Counted from the first letter of the stretch, positions 1 through 60,790 are shown. The stretch: DNA of 64,000 bases from Mobula hypostoma (GCF_963921235.1 NC_086107.1:114826001-114890000), one strand, 5' to 3'. The notes: generated by a model from the letters alone, not told the origin. A program made the numbers and translations.

Positions 1-1029
1 ACATCATATCCCAGCTTCTCATATTTTACCCCCTCTTCCCCCCTCACCTAGTCTCATCTATCACTTGCCATGTGGTACTCCCCCTACCTTCTTATTCTGG
101 CTTCTGCTCCTTCCTTTCCAGTCCTGGTGAAGGATTTCAGCTTGAAAAATAGTCTTGTTTATTTCCCCTCCATGCCCGCTCTGCTGAGTTCCTTCTTTGT
201 CTTATGTGTGTGGCTCGGGATTTCTAGCATCTGCAGAATCTCTGGGGTGATGCTTCAGGTTCTTATATCCTTGGTCAGAGCTCGGCTGGAGGTTGATGCA
301 GTTCTGGATGTTGCTCTACAGGAAGGGTATGATGGCCTTGGAGAGGGAGGATGAACCAAAATCATAAACTGGTAGAGCACAGAAATGGGCCTTTCTGCCT
401 TCTGTTTTTACTTATCATGATGCCAAATACCATTTCTTATTGATGCACCATAGAATCATGGAAACTAGTGTCCTCTCCATCCACTGTCTACACTTCCTGC
501 TGACTCAGTAGGCAGCCGGCATAATCAAAGACCCAGACATTCTCTCTTCACCCCTCTCCCATCAGGCAGAAGATACAAACGCCTGAAAGCGTGCGTCTGT
601 CCCACTGATATCAAAGGTCTGGAACAGACACTCAGTACGATGAGATGGAGGTTTGATTTCTCAGATGACCTCATTATGATCTTGTTGTTTATTGTTTACA
701 CTCTCTGTAGCTATTACACTTTGTTCTGCATTCTTCGGTTCTACCTTAATACACCAATGAATTGATTTCCTTGACAGAATGCATGACAAACTTTTGACTG
801 TACCTTGGTACAGCTGAAGATAATAAACCAATCTTACATCTTTCCATTCTCTGTTTGGTTATTTGCATATTTAATTGACTATTGTATCTGCTTCCCATTA
901 TAGTCTGTTCCAGACACCAACCACAGGCCCCTCTCTCATTCTAAACCTCTGCCCTCTAGTATTTCATATTTTCACCCTGAAGAAACAGGCTGTAATTATC
1001 TGACTCATCTATATATAAGTTTCTGTCAG

Positions 1030-1184
1030 GCCTCCTCAGAGCGATTGGGGGGGTGGGGGAGAGGGAAGTACATAGGAAGGGAGGGTGAAATGATCATGTG
1101 GAGAGAGGAGGGAGGGAGGCACATGCGCAGAGGAAGGACGCCACGTGCAGCGGGGTGGGGGGGAGAAGAGGCATGCGCAGACAG
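1030..1184 (+). CDS. SRCAP: Candidate upstream SRCAP exon with in-frame ATGs at 1090, 1096 and 1123 (MIMWREEGGRHMRRGRTPRAAGWGGEEACADR)
   Basis: Branch-like CTGAC at 1000, acceptor ttctgtcag|G at 1029/1030, donor CAG|GTACAT at 1184; phase joins in frame to exon 5969-6042. Confidence 0.55.
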
Positions 1185-2089
1185 GTACATTGTCGATGGT
1201 TTGGGTAGCGCCCAGCTCTGGCACTGTCCACTGCTCCATGCTGCCAACTGTGTAAAACTGAGGAAACAGGCTGAAAAGCCAAATGTTAATGCACTGGTTC
1301 AGCAAACGATCAGGAGGGCAAAAGAGAGAATGATTTAGTCTTCCTTTAATTTTGTTTACAATAGTTTTAATTTATTTCCTGAATCCTGAAAGCCTGATGG
1401 ATTTTTTTTTTGATTTGCAATTGTAAGATATGGTGGACGATTTTGGATTCCTTAGGTGAGAAGAGGTGAAGGATGTTTACAAGGTTATTTTTTTAATGGA
1501 GTGGTGAGTGCTTGGACTCTGTTGCCAAAGGGGGTGATGGAAGCAGATACAATAGAGATGTTTATGATAGAAGGGCCTGTTCTGGTATGGGGTTTACATT
1601 GCCACACGTACGGATATACAGTTCATGCAGATCAGATCATTGCGCATTGCATTGAGGTAGAATAGGGTAAAATAGTAGCAGAGCGCAGAGAAAGTACAGT
1701 GCAGTTAAACAAAAGGGTCCAGGATCCTAACTGATGGAGGTCAAGTGATAGGTTAAGGGTACATCTTATCGTACTCTGCAACAGTGAGGTGGATGCTGTC
1801 CGTGAGTCTGGTTGTATGAGTTTTCCAGAATGCAATACTGTGGATGCAGCCTACCCAGATTTCTGGATTTGGAATTGGTTTATTATTGTCCGTGAACCGA
1901 GATACAGTGCAAAACTTGTCTTGCATACTGTTCGTACAGATCAATTCATTGCACAGTGCATGGTAAAAATTCAAAGTAAATTTATTATCAAAGACATATG
2001 TGTCACCAAATACACCCTGAGATTCATTTTCTTTCAGGCATATTCAATAAATCCATATTAGAATAATAACCTTAATAGAATCAATGAAA

Positions 2090-3400
2090 AACAAGAGAAA
2101 ATCTTCAGATGCTGGAAATCCAAGCAAAAGACACAAAATGCTGGAGAAACTCAGCAGGCCAGTTAGCATCTATGCAAAAGAATATAGCCTACGTGTCTGG
2201 CTGAGACTCTTCAGCAGAACTGGAGAAAATAAAGCTGAGGACTAGATTTAAAAGGTGGGGGGAGGGGAGAGAGAAACACAAGGTTATAGGTGAAACCTGA
2301 AGGGGGAGGGATGAAGTAAGGAGCTGGGAAATTGATTGGTAGCTCTGTCTCTGGAGACAGCTTATCTACTGATGTCTGTTACAAGCCTATGAAATCTTCA
2401 AAGCAATCTGGACTATACCTCCTCCCACCCTGTTACTTGCAAAAACACCATCCCCTTTTCTGAATTCCTCTGTCTCCACTGCAGCTGCTCTCAGGATTAG
2501 GCTTTTCATTCCAGAACGAATGAGATGTCCTCCTTCAAACAAAGGGGCTTCTCTTCCTCCACCATCAATGCTGACTTCAACTGCATTTCTTCCATTTCAC
2601 ACACGTCTGCTCTTAACCTATCCACCTGCCACCCTACCAGGGACAGGGTTTGTCTTGTCCTCACTGACCACCCCACCAACCTCCACGTCCTGCAATTTCC
2701 ACCATTTCCAATGAGATCCCACCACCAAGCACATCTTTCCCACCTCCCTCATCCCTTTCTGCTTTCCGCAGGGATTGTTCCCTACGCAATTCCCTTGTCT
2801 GTACGTCCCTCCCCACTGATCTCCCTCCTGTCACTTATCCTTGCAAGTGGAACAAGTGCTACACCTGCCCCTACACTTCTGCCCTCACTGCCATTTAGGG
2901 CCCCAAACTGTTCTTCCAGGTAAGGCAACATGTCACCTGTTAGTCTGATGACGTATTATACTGTGTCCAGTGCTCCTGGTGTGGCTTCCTGCATATTGGT
3001 GAGACCCGATGTAGATTGGGAGACCGTTTCGCCAAGCACTTACACTCCATCTGCCAGAAAAAGCAGGATCTCCCAGTGGCCACCCATTTTAAATACATTT
3101 CCCATTCCCATTCCGGTATGTCTATCCATGGCCTCCTCCACTTTCGCGATGAGGCCACTCTGAAGTTAGAGGAACAACACTTTGTATTCTGTCTGGATAG
3201 CCTCCAACCTGATGGTATGAACATTGACTTCTTGAACATCCGGTAATGCCCCCACCCTTTCACCATTCCCCATTCCCTTTTCCTTCTCTTGCTTTATCTC
3301 CTTGCCGCCCATTGCCTCCCTCTGGTGCTCCTCCCCCCTTTTCTTTCTTGCATGGCCTTTTGCCCATCAGACTCCCCCCTTCTCCTGCCCTGTATCTCTT
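2090..3400 (+). mobile_element. Penelope-like retroelement remnant (GIY-YIG endonuclease C-terminus) with an inverted terminal segment
   Basis: Reads CGFLHIGETRCRLGDRF...PVATHF...LEEQHFVFCLDSLQPDGMN; 2090-2340 is the inverted complement of the element tail. Confidence 0.8.
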
Positions 3401-3419
3401 CCACTAATCGATGAAAAAC

Positions 3420-4330
3420 CACACCAACTTGGACATTCTGTCAGTGTGCAAAAGACAGCAAACTGCAAATATCAAAAGAAAGAAATAATAATAAATATAT
3501 AAGCAATAAATATGAACAACCTGGAATGAAGAGAGTTCTTGAAAGTGAGTCCGTTTGTTGTGGGAGCATTTCCATAATAGGGCAAATGAAATTGAGAGAA
3601 GTTAACACGAGGAAATCTGCAGATGCTGGAATTTCAAGCAACACACATCAAAGTTGCTGGTGAACGCAGCAGGCCAGGCAGCATCTCTAGGAAGAGGTAC
3701 CGTTGACGATTTGGGCCGAGACCCTTCGTCAGGACTAACTGAAAGAAAAGCTAGTAAGAGATTTGAAAGTGGGAGGAGGAGGCCCTTCCCCTCCCACTTT
3801 CAAATCTCTTACTAGCTCTTCTTTCAGTGCTCAATGGTGGGGAGGGTTTTAGCTGTGATGAACTGCTTTTTGTAGGATTTTCCATTGAAGGACATCAGTG
3901 TTTCCATTCCAGGCTGTGGTTTGATGCAGCCAGTCAGTATACTATCAACCATACATCTGTAGAAGTTCACCAAAGATTTAAGTATCGTGCTGAATCTTTG
4001 CAAACTCCTGAGTAGAGACGCTGCTGTGCTTTCTTCATAATTGCACTAGGATACGATCTCCAAAATGATAACACTGAGGAATTTAAAATTGCTGACCCTC
4101 TCCACCTCTGATCCGCTAATGAAGACTGGCTCATGGACCTCTGGTTTCCTCCCTCTGAAGTCAATCATCAGCACCTTGGTCTTCCTGACAGTGAGTGAGA
4201 GGCTTTTGTGGCACCATTCATCCAGATTTGCAATCTCTTTCTCATAAGCTGAGTTGCCACCACCTTTGATTCGCCCTGTGACAGTGGTGCTGTCAGCAAA
4301 TTTGAAAACAAGTGGTGTCAGCAAACATGT
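3420..4330 (-). mobile_element. Rex/Babar-like LINE remnant interrupted by a Penelope-type terminal piece at 3604-3827
   Basis: KFADSTTVTGRI...WCH..LSLTVRKTKVLMIDFR RT C-terminal peptide. Confidence 0.7.
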
Positions 4331-4839
4331 ACAAAACAATAGCATTATGTAGAATAAAGTGTTACAGTACAGGTAGGCAATAAGATGCAAGGTCTGTAAT
4401 GAGGTAGGTTCTGAGTTTGTCTGTCTTAGCAGACTAGTAAACTGTTCAATAATCTTACAATGGTATTAAGGGTAGAACCTTGAGCATGGTGGGATGTGCT
4501 TTCAGGCTTTTGTATCTTCTACTCAATGAGAGGGGGAGAAGAGAGACTGGGGTAGGTGGGGTCATTGATTATGCTGGCTTCTCTCATGTAGACATTGTTC
4601 AGCGCAACTCTGCAGATAGTAGGAGAGATTGTGTAAACTAGGATTGAATTATTTGGAATCTCGGAGTGCAAGCGTAAGTTACTGTGTATTCATTTTTATT
4701 TATGGCCCATTCCTAACTGCTGCTTGACAAGTTGAGGTCCAGTTCTTATCTTGAGCCACCGGATGAGCGGTTGGGGGGGGGGGGGTGTCAGGAATGCGAA
4801 TGAACAGGGCTCAGGCAGCAATAAGCAGTCTGTTGGTGA

Positions 4840-5600
4840 ATCAGAAACAGGTTTAATATTACAAAGTTGTACGATTTGCAGTTTGTTGTTTTGCAGTAGC
4901 AATACATTGTAAAGTATTGCATTAGTGTAAAGTAAAATGTAACTAATGCAGAAAGAAAGGAATAGTGAGGTAGTGTTCGTGGACTGTAAAGAAATCTGAT
5001 GGTAGTGGGGAAGAATTGTTGAGTGTGGGTTTCGGGCTGTACCTCCCCAATGGTAATAAGAGGGCATGTCCTGGATGGTGAGGGTTGTCAGCCTCCTGAA
5101 AGTGTCCTTGATGTGGGGATGGTTGTGCCCATAATGTAGTGGCTGAGTACAACACTCTGCAGACTCTTGCGATCAATACCAGACAGTGATACAGCCAGTC
5201 AGAATGTCTCCATGTGTATCTCTAGAAATTTGCCAGAGTCTGTGGTGACATACCAAATCTTCTCAAGCTTCTAATGAAGTATGGCTGTTGGAGTACCTTC
5301 TTCCTAACTGCATCAATATGATGGGCTCAGGGTAGATCCTCTGAGATGTTGACACTCGGGAATTTGAAGCTGCTCACCCTTTCCGCTGCTGACCACTCGA
5401 CCAGGACTGGGATGTGTTCCCCTGACTCCTCTTTCCTGAAGTCCACAGTCATTTCTGTGGCTTTGCTGACAGAGTGCGAGGTTGCTGTCATGACATCTCA
5501 ACGAGCATATATCTCACTCCTGTATGCCTCCTCATTGCCCTTTGAGTTTCTGCCAACAACAGTGGTGTTATTGGTGAACTTACAGATGGAGTTTGAGCCA
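4840..5600 (-). mobile_element. Rex/Babar-like LINE 3' remnant
   Basis: Homologous to 3830-4330 and 59400-60790; frameshifted. Confidence 0.65.
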
Positions 5601-5968
5601 CCCCTCTGAGAGCTCAGCAGCTGGAACAGTCCCCGCAGGAAGAAGGACAGGATCCGCTGACCTCTGGTACCCCTGGGTTAGGACTGTGGGCAGAGGAGTA
5701 TGGACAGGCAAGACTGTCAGTACAGACAGATTGACGGAAGGGCCTATTTTTGCACTCTTTATCTCTGACTCCAAGGACAGTTATAATAAAAAGCTCTGGG
5801 TGGGATGGGATGTGCATGCTGTCATTCATCCTGACAGAAGAGGAGTATTACGTTTGGCTGAGCCGGCTGTCTGAAAAAGCTATTTAGATCTTCGCGGAGC
5901 CCAGTTTAACCACTGCTGCTTGTTTCTTCTCCTCTCCCTCCTCCCCTTTCTCCTCTCCCCAACAACAG

Positions 5969-6042
5969 GACCGGTGTTGCAACTTCAACCAACACCGTGG
6001 AAGGATACACTGAGGGAAACGGGGATACTGCACAGCACCCAG
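5969..6042 (+). CDS. SRCAP: SRCAP upstream exon, 74 nt (TGVATSTNTVEGYTEGNGDTAQHP)
   Basis: Long pyrimidine tract plus CAG acceptor, CAG|GTACTT donor, stop-free in the SRCAP frame. Confidence 0.75.
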
Positions 6043-6454
6043 GTACTTGGGAGTGGAGTGAAACTAGGGGTGTGGAGGGAGTCTTTGGGACACTGTCAAG
6101 AGAGCTTCATCCTGTGTCTGATCCTGGGAGTGTGTTATGCGATGGTGTGGGGGGAGCTTGACTCCATGTCTGATCCCGGGTGTGTGCGATGGGATGGCAC
6201 TAAGGGAACTTCTGCCTGTGTTTAACCCTGTCCCTCTACTTCTCCCCCCGCCCCCATACATAGGCGTGGTGTTACTCAACTGTGTGGAACGGACGCTGGG
6301 TCAGCAGGGGACCCAGGACGTGGACGCCTCATCTGGCAGGCCGACTTTCCAGAATGTGTTCAGCACCGAGCATGCCCTGCAGCAGCTACCCAACAGCTTG
6401 GCCGTTCTGGAGCGCCCTGAGTGTGTCTACGTCACCAGCAGAGGAGGCTGCAAG

Positions 6455-53211
<46,757 letters not shown>

Positions 53212-54005
53212 TTCACTCCCTAACCACCAGCCCCCCCACCCCTCCCCCCCATCCTCGGACAACTGGGAGGCAGGAGACCATCCTCCTCCCAGTCCTCAGA
53301 CCCCAGGGTGAAGGGTTTTGGAAATATCCCCTGTGATCTCCATCTCTCACACCCTCACTGCTTCCTGTTCCCCCTTTTCTTCCACTTCTCTCTCCTTACT
53401 CCTTCTCTCTGCCCTCTCTTCACTTCCTTCCCCCAACTTACTCTTTTTCCTTCCTTTCTCCCACTGAAACCCATAAGTGGATGTGCATGTGAACCCCCAA
53501 CAGGAGCTTGTGAGGGGCAGGAGGGTGAGTCCCCCACCCCAGGGGACTCTCTCCTCGCCCGCATTACTGCCTGATGGATTGGGGTTGGGTTTACAGTATC
53601 TGTACCCAGGTTTCCACATGTGTGTGCGTGCCTGTCAGCCTGCTGGGATATGGACATGGGTTCTCCCAGCAGCTGGTGATTGGGTGCTCCAGACCCACTG
53701 ACCAACATCCACCCATCCTTTTTAGGATGGGGGGGCGGAGGAATGCAGAGAGGGGAGGCACCCTCCCATTCCCTCCTCCTGCCTTGCTCTCCCTTCTCCC
53801 AGCAAGATGGGGACCAAACACTGCCCCTCCCTCCCCTGCGTTCTCCGATGATCTAGTTGTTCCAATTATGTTCAATGACATGATAAATTACAGATTACGA
53901 CTGTGTCTTTCCTGTCCCCTTGTACAGCCAACTTGACTCCAGGGTAAACCCCTCCTCCCATCCCCGACTAGACGCTCCCTTATTGTACTATACATGTATC
54001 TTTTG

Positions 54006-54076
54006 AATAAAATCTATGCAAAGAATATTTTGTATGGAAAACGGAGACAAGTGTCCACCTGTGTGACAGAAATAAA
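54006..54076 (+). terminator. Candidate SRCAP polyadenylation signals AATAAA (54006-54011 and 54071-54076)
   Basis: Two canonical hexamers about 800 nt after the stop, preceded by TGTA motifs. Confidence 0.65.
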
Positions 54077-54519
54077 GAGATATTAACAAAAATCTACAGC
54101 GCATGGGGATGTGCAAGGTGTTCTGAGGCTGTTATGGGGGTTCAACCAAGATCCAAAATACTGAACTTGCCTCCATGCTGTCCCAGCCAGTGTTATAAAA
54201 GAGTCCCATGACACTCCTGCATGCAGGCACAGAATGAAGCTCCCTCCATACTGTCCCATCACACATTCTTGAGTTGGACACACGGTGATGCACACTCCAC
54301 ACCATCCCTTCGCATGCTCCCATGGTCAGCTACAGAGTGAACCTCCCTCTGCATCATCTGTCACATTCCCAGCATCAAACAGTGAAGCTCTCTCCTTACA
54401 ATCCTGTCATGGTCTTGGGGTCAGACACAGAAACTCCATGCACACTGTCCATTACACTTTGACACACTGCAGCTTGCAGCACAACATCCTGATAGACATC
54501 TGCAAACTTTGCCACAGAG

Positions 54520-56270
54520 CCATCAATATATTATCTGAATAATTGACAAAGAGCTGGATGGGTTGAGGAAAGTTTCCTGCATATATAGAAGACCTAACTA
54601 GAGCAGGTAATACTGAATTTAGTGATAAATTACATTAGTTTCAAGATAATTGTGGAAAGGGATAGGTCTGGTCCTCGGGTTGAGATTATAAATTGAAAAA
54701 AGGCCAAATCTGGTAAGTCGGTTGTTTCTGGTAGGGTGGAAGGCTTTCAAAAGTGAAAAATTGAGTACAGAGTTTGTATGTTTCTGTCAGAATAAAAGGC
54801 AAGAATAACAGGTTTAGGGACCCTTGATTTTCAAGCCATTGAGGCCCTGGTTAAGAAGGAGGAGATGCATAGAGGTACTGGAAGAGTGTGCTGTAGAAAT
54901 GCAAGAGCCCACCCAGGGAAATCAGGAGGGCCAAAAGATGGCTGCTCTGGTAGACAAGGTGAAGGAGAATCCAAAGTATTTCTACAAATGTACTCGGGGC
55001 AAACGGATAGTAAAGCCATATTTGGTCCTTTTGTAGATGGGAGTGGTCACCTGTGCATGGAACCAAAAGAGATGGTGATCTGAAATGGACCTTTTGCACC
55101 TGTGCTCAGGAGCTGTACACAGGGTTTATAGAATGAGGGAAAACCAACCATAAGGTAATATATCTTGTACGGTTTACATGGGAGAAGATGCATGCTGTCT
55201 TGAGGCAATTTAGGGTGGATTTCACCTCAGGACCTGACAATGGGTCTCCTCACTTTGTGGGAGGTTGGTGCAGAAATTTCAGGGGCCTCAGCAGAACGTT
55301 CTTTGCCATGGGTGAGGATTGAGCAATAGCTAATGTTATGTTTTTTCTTAAGCAAGAAGCTCCGAGAAGACAGCAAATTCTAGGCTGGTGAGCCTGACTT
55401 TAGTGGTGGTAAGTTAATGGAAGGTATCCTAAGGGACTGCGTATATACACGTTTGGATAGACGGGAACTGATTAAGCACCGTCAGCATGGCTTTGTGTGA
55501 TAGATGGTGTCTAACCAGTCCTGCGGAGATTTTTGGAACGGCTACTAGAAAATCTGATGAAGGAAAAGCAGTGGTTGGACTTCAGTGAGGCCTTTGACAA
55601 GGTCTCACATGGGAGGTTGATGAAGAAGTTTAAGTCACTGGCATTCATGATGTAAATTGGATTAAACATTGGTTTTATTGGAGAGGCCAGAGAGTGGTTG
55701 TAGATGATTGCCTTTCTGACTAGAGGCTTGTGGGTAGTGGTCATTGTCATTTATGTCAACGATCTGCATGATAATGCTATATACAGGGTCAATACGTTTG
55801 CGGGTGACACCAAGATTGGGAGCATAGTGAACGGGAAGGCTCTCAAAGCTGGCAGTGGATGTGGACCAGCTGGAAAAACAGTGAAGTATTGAGTGTAGAA
55901 GTTGTATGTTACATTGAAGTTGTGTAAGATGTTGGTGAGGTGTAATTTGGAGTACTGTGTGTAGATCTGGTCACATAGCTACAGGAAATCTGTAAGATTG
56001 AAAGAATACAGAGAAAATTTACAAAGGTGTGCCAGGACTGAGGTGTGGGGAAAGATTGAATAGGTTAGGGGTTAATACCCTGGTGCAAAGGAGAATGAGG
56101 GAGATTTAGATAGAGGTGTATTAAATTATGAGGGGTAGAAAATGCTTAAGGCAAGCAGACTTTTCCCACTGAGGTTTGTGAGATGAGAGCTGGATGTCAT
56201 GGATTTAGTGTGAAAGGTGAAATATTTAAGGGGAACCCGAGGATGAATTTATTTACTCAAGGTGGCAAAA
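54520..56270 (+). mobile_element. Decayed CR1 LINE spanning much of ORF2
   Basis: KVKENPKYFYKC, QHGF-like and VNTFAGDTKIG fragments with many stops. Confidence 0.8.
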
Positions 56271-56919
56271 GAGCGGAGACTTAAGATCAAAAAATTTTCC
56301 CTCTCCTAGATGATCTGCTGTGCTCTATCTGCCCAAAGGGACTGGCTTTAAGGGGCTAATAACCCTCATTTGCCCCTTCTGTCAGTAGAAACAGTTGCTC
56401 CAGGCTTACTAGCTAAGCCACACATGAAGGCCAGGAGCTAGACTTGGTTGTTGGAGGCTATTTGAGGCACGCAACTTTTGGGTGTATTTAATAGGTAGTG
56501 GGAGATGGTCCTCATTATTACCCTGGCTATAACAACCTGAAGGAACCAATAAGAGTTGCAGAGTCCTTGAAAGTGAGTCCGTAGGTTGTGGAACCATGTC
56601 AGTGAAGTTATCCCCTCTGGTTCAAGAACCTGATGATTGGGGGGGGGGGCAGGAAGTGGGTGAATAACTTTTGAACCTGGTGGTGTGGGACCTGATGCTC
56701 CTGTATCAGCTCCCTAACGGCAGCAGCAAGAAGAGGGCTTGACCTGGGTTATCGATGCTGCTCTCTTGTCACAGCACTCCATGCAGATGTGCTCAATGCT
56801 GGGAAAGGCTTTACCTGTGATAGACTAGGCTGTATCACCTACTGTTAGACTCTTCCATTCAAGGGCATGTGTTTCCAATGATGCAGCCAATTACTATACT
56901 CTCCACATTATTTCTGTAA

Positions 56920-58720
56920 AGTCGGAAAAGTACAGCACAAAACAGGCCCTTTGATCCATCTAATCCGAGACAAAACCATTTAAACTGCCTATTCCCATTG
57001 ACCTGCAACAGGACCATATCCCTACCAGTCTGATGGCGATCCAAAATTTTCTTAAATGTTGAAATTGAGCTCATGTGTGCTCTTTTAACCCTGTTTACAT
57101 CTTTCCTGTAGGTAGGTGACCAAAACTACCCAATACTCTAAATTGGGTCTGACCATGAAAAACCCATCTCCTGTACTCAATAGATTTATGAAGGTCAATG
57201 TACCAAAAGATTTGTTTATGACCTTATCTACCTGTGCCACCACTTTCAATGAATCATGGACCTGTATTGCTAGCTACCTCTGTTCTACCACACTCCTCAG
57301 TGCACGACTGTTCACTCTATAAGATCTACTCCAGTTGTTCCTTCCGAAGTGCAAAACCCTGCACTTGTCTGCCTTAAATTCTATCTTCCATTTTCCAGCT
57401 GATGCAGAACCCTCTGCAAGCCATGATAGCCTTCCTCACTCTCTGCTACACTCCCAATCTTGGCGTCATTTGCAAATCTGCTGATCCAGTTAACCATATT
57501 TTCTAGATCATTGATATAGATGACGATTATCAAAGGAGCCAGCACTGCTAACGGCACACCACTAGTCACAGGCCTCCAGTCAGAGAGGCAACCTTCTACT
57601 ACCATTCTCTTGCTTCTCCCACAAAGCCAGTGTCTAATCCAATATACCACCTCATCCTGAATGCTGAGCAACTGAACCTTCTTGACCAGCTTCCCAAGTG
57701 GGACTTCGTCAAATGCCTTGTAGAAAATATCCACTGCCTGGCCCTTATTCACTCTCCTGGTGACTTCCTTGGGGGAAAAAATCTATAGGAGTGGTTAAAC
57801 ACGACCTACGATGCATGAAGGAGGGGTAGAATGAAGAGTTGGGAAGGTGGTTGGTGAAACAAATACAGGACTGGGGGGGGGTTCTGATGAGGACAAGGCT
57901 ATGGAAAGTAAAGGAGGAGGGGGAGGTAATGGGATAAGGTGAGAGAAAAATGGGAATGGTGAGGCAGAATGGGGGCGGGGGGGGGGAACATTACCAGAAG
58001 TTTAAGAAATCGATGTTCATGCCATCAGTTTGGAGTCTACCGTGATGGAATATATGGCCTTGCACCTCCACCCTAGTGCGGCCTGAACGTGACAGTAGAG
58101 GAGGCCGTGGACTATCATGGGGGAAGAGGAATTACAATAATCTCTGCCAACCATCCTTAATCAGGCCATGTTTATCCATACACTTGTATATCCAGTCCCT
58201 TGAAATACTTTCCAATAACTTTTCCATAACTGATGTCAGACTTACCGGCCTATAATTTCCTGGTTTATGTTTAGAGATTTTTTAAAAAACAGCGCAACAA
58301 CACTGGCTATCCTTGAATTCTCTGGTACCTCTTCCTGTTACAAAGGATGCTTTGAATATCTCTGCTAGGATCCTAGCAATCTCTGCATTTGTCTCCCATA
58401 CGGTCTAAGGGAAGATTTTGTCTGGCCCCAGGAATGTATCCACCTTGATTTTTGTCAGGGTAGCAAACAACTCTTCCATAATCGGTACAGGGTCTGTGAA
58501 GTTGATGCCGCTTTGCTTGACTTCAGTAGACACTTGTCCATTTCCCGAGTAAATACAGATGGAAATAATTCATTTAACATCTCTCCATCTGTTTTGGCAC
58601 CATACATGGATTACCATTCTGGTCTTCCAGAGGGCCAATTTTGTCCCTTAAAATTCTTTTGCTCTGAATCTTGTCTGCTAGACGAAATTCATGCCTTCTT
58701 TTAGCCTTCCTGATTTCTTT
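56920..58720 (-). mobile_element. Decayed CR1 LINE pieces with a Penelope fragment at about 57820-58130
   Basis: ORF 57381-57752 (KAFDEVP...WRPVTSGVP...RFANDAKIG). Confidence 0.75.
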
Positions 58721-59399
58721 CTTTCTTCGATGACTTCTCCGAGCTGCAGAGGGAGCCCTTGGGCTGTCTAAGCATGGAACCCAGAGATCTGAGGACAGCC
58801 AGCGAAAAAGTTCTCTCTTGCATGTTTTGGATGCGGCGGCTGTTTTTGAAGCTGTCAATGGGGATGGGAGGGAGGACCCCGTTGTCCTGTGTTCATCGTC
58901 TCCCCTGTAAGCACTCTGACTACTGTGGTACATATTCCTTTTCCCTGCCTATGTAAATGACGCCCTCCACTCCCTCTTGTGTCTATTAATGCCCTCCAGC
59001 CCCTAAGTGCCTCACTCTCTCTGTAACCACCTCCTTCCTATATATCTCTGGAAGCCCCTCCATCTCCTACTCACGTCCGCCCCAACTCCTGGATCCCTTC
59101 GCTCTGCCATTAGCTGCAGTGTCTTCACTCAATGACTACGCGTCCACCCCTCCTCTCCCGGGACAGCAAGGACCCAGGGATGGAGGGGCTGGTCGCTGAG
59201 GGGTCAAAGGGAATCCATTAATGGGGTGACCCTCAGTAAGTCCATTCGGGCCAGCAAGCTTCTGTTTCCGTTTTACCTTCCAACCCAACAGCCGTCGATT
59301 CACCCATCCACCTGGTTTGTCAGTGTTTTAATTACACAAATCACTGCACTAGGGGTATTGTCTGCAGTTCTGGTCACCCTGCTACAGGAAGGATTGGGT

Positions 59400-60790
59400 T
59401 AATTCAAAGTAATGTATTAGTGTCACCTGAGATTCGTTTTCTTGCGGGCATACTCAATAAATCCATAATGGGATAATAACCATAATAGAATCAATGAAAG
59501 ATGGCACCAACTTGGGCATTCAACCAGTGTACAAAAGACTCCGGACTGTGAAAATACAGAAATGAAGGAATTGTAATAAATAAATATAAAGCATGTGAGA
59601 TGAGAAGTCCGTGAAAGTGAGTCCATAGGTTTTGGGCACATTTCAGTGATGGGGCAAGTGAAGTTGACTACTTTGATTCAAGAGCCTGAAGACCGAGGGG
59701 TAATAACTGTTCCTGAAGCTGGTGGTGTGAGTTCTCAGGGTCCTATACCTTCTTCCTGGTCGCAGCAGCGGTGAGAAGAGAGTATGAGCTGGGTGCTGAG
59801 TGTCCCTGATGATAGATGCTACTTTCCTGCGACAATGCTTTGTGTAGATATGCTCAATGGTGGAGAGGGTTTTGCCCGTGATGGACTGGGCTATATCCAC
59901 TACCTTTTGTAGGACTTTCTGTTCAAGGACTTCGGTGTTTTCATACCAGGCCGTGATATAACCAGTTAATATAATCTCCATTACACATCTATAGAAGTTT
60001 GTTAAAATTTTAAATGTCATGCCGAATCTTCACAAGCTCCTAAGGAAGCTTGAGGTAATAATCAGCTCCTTGGTCTTACTGACATTGTATGAGAAGTTGT
60101 TATGACAACACTCAGCCAGATTTTGAATCTCCCTCCTGTATGCTGATTCGTCTTAATGTTTGTTTCTATCTAATGGCAGTGGAACTGTGATTAGCCACAC
60201 AGTCATAAGTATAGGGGCTAAGCACACAGCCTTGTGGTCCACCTGGGCTGATAGAGATCGTGGAGGGGACGTTGCCAATCCAAACTGACTGGGGTTTGCA
60301 AGTAAGGAAATCGAAGATCCAATTGCACAAGGATGTATTGAGGCCAGGGCCTTGAAGCTTGATTATTTTTGAGGGGATTATGGTATTGAATGGCGAGCTA
60401 TAGTTGATAAAGAGCATTTTGATTTATGCATTTTTGTTGTCCAGATCTGAAGAGCCGATGAGATAGCATCTGATGTGGACCTGTTGCTCTGGTAGGCAAA
60501 TTGGAGTAGATCCAAGTCGCTTCTCAAGCAGGAGTTGATATGTTTCATCACCACCCTCTCAAAACACTTCATTACTGAACGCTAGTCATTGAGGGGGGTT
60601 ACCACCTTCTCCTTGGGCACTAGTATAATTGAAGCCTGCTTTTAGCAGGTGAGACTGCCGAAGTGAGATGTTAAACATCTCAGTGACCACTCCAGCCCGT
60701 TGATCAGCACAGGTCTCTAGTAATTGGCCAGGTACCCCGGCTGGGCCGGATGCTTTCCGTGGGTTCACCCGCCTGAGGACTCATCGTACG
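59400..60790 (-). mobile_element. Rex/Babar-like LINE remnant (RT region to 3' tail)
   Basis: [19 protein letters not shown]...[36 protein letters not shown] fragments. Confidence 0.85.
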
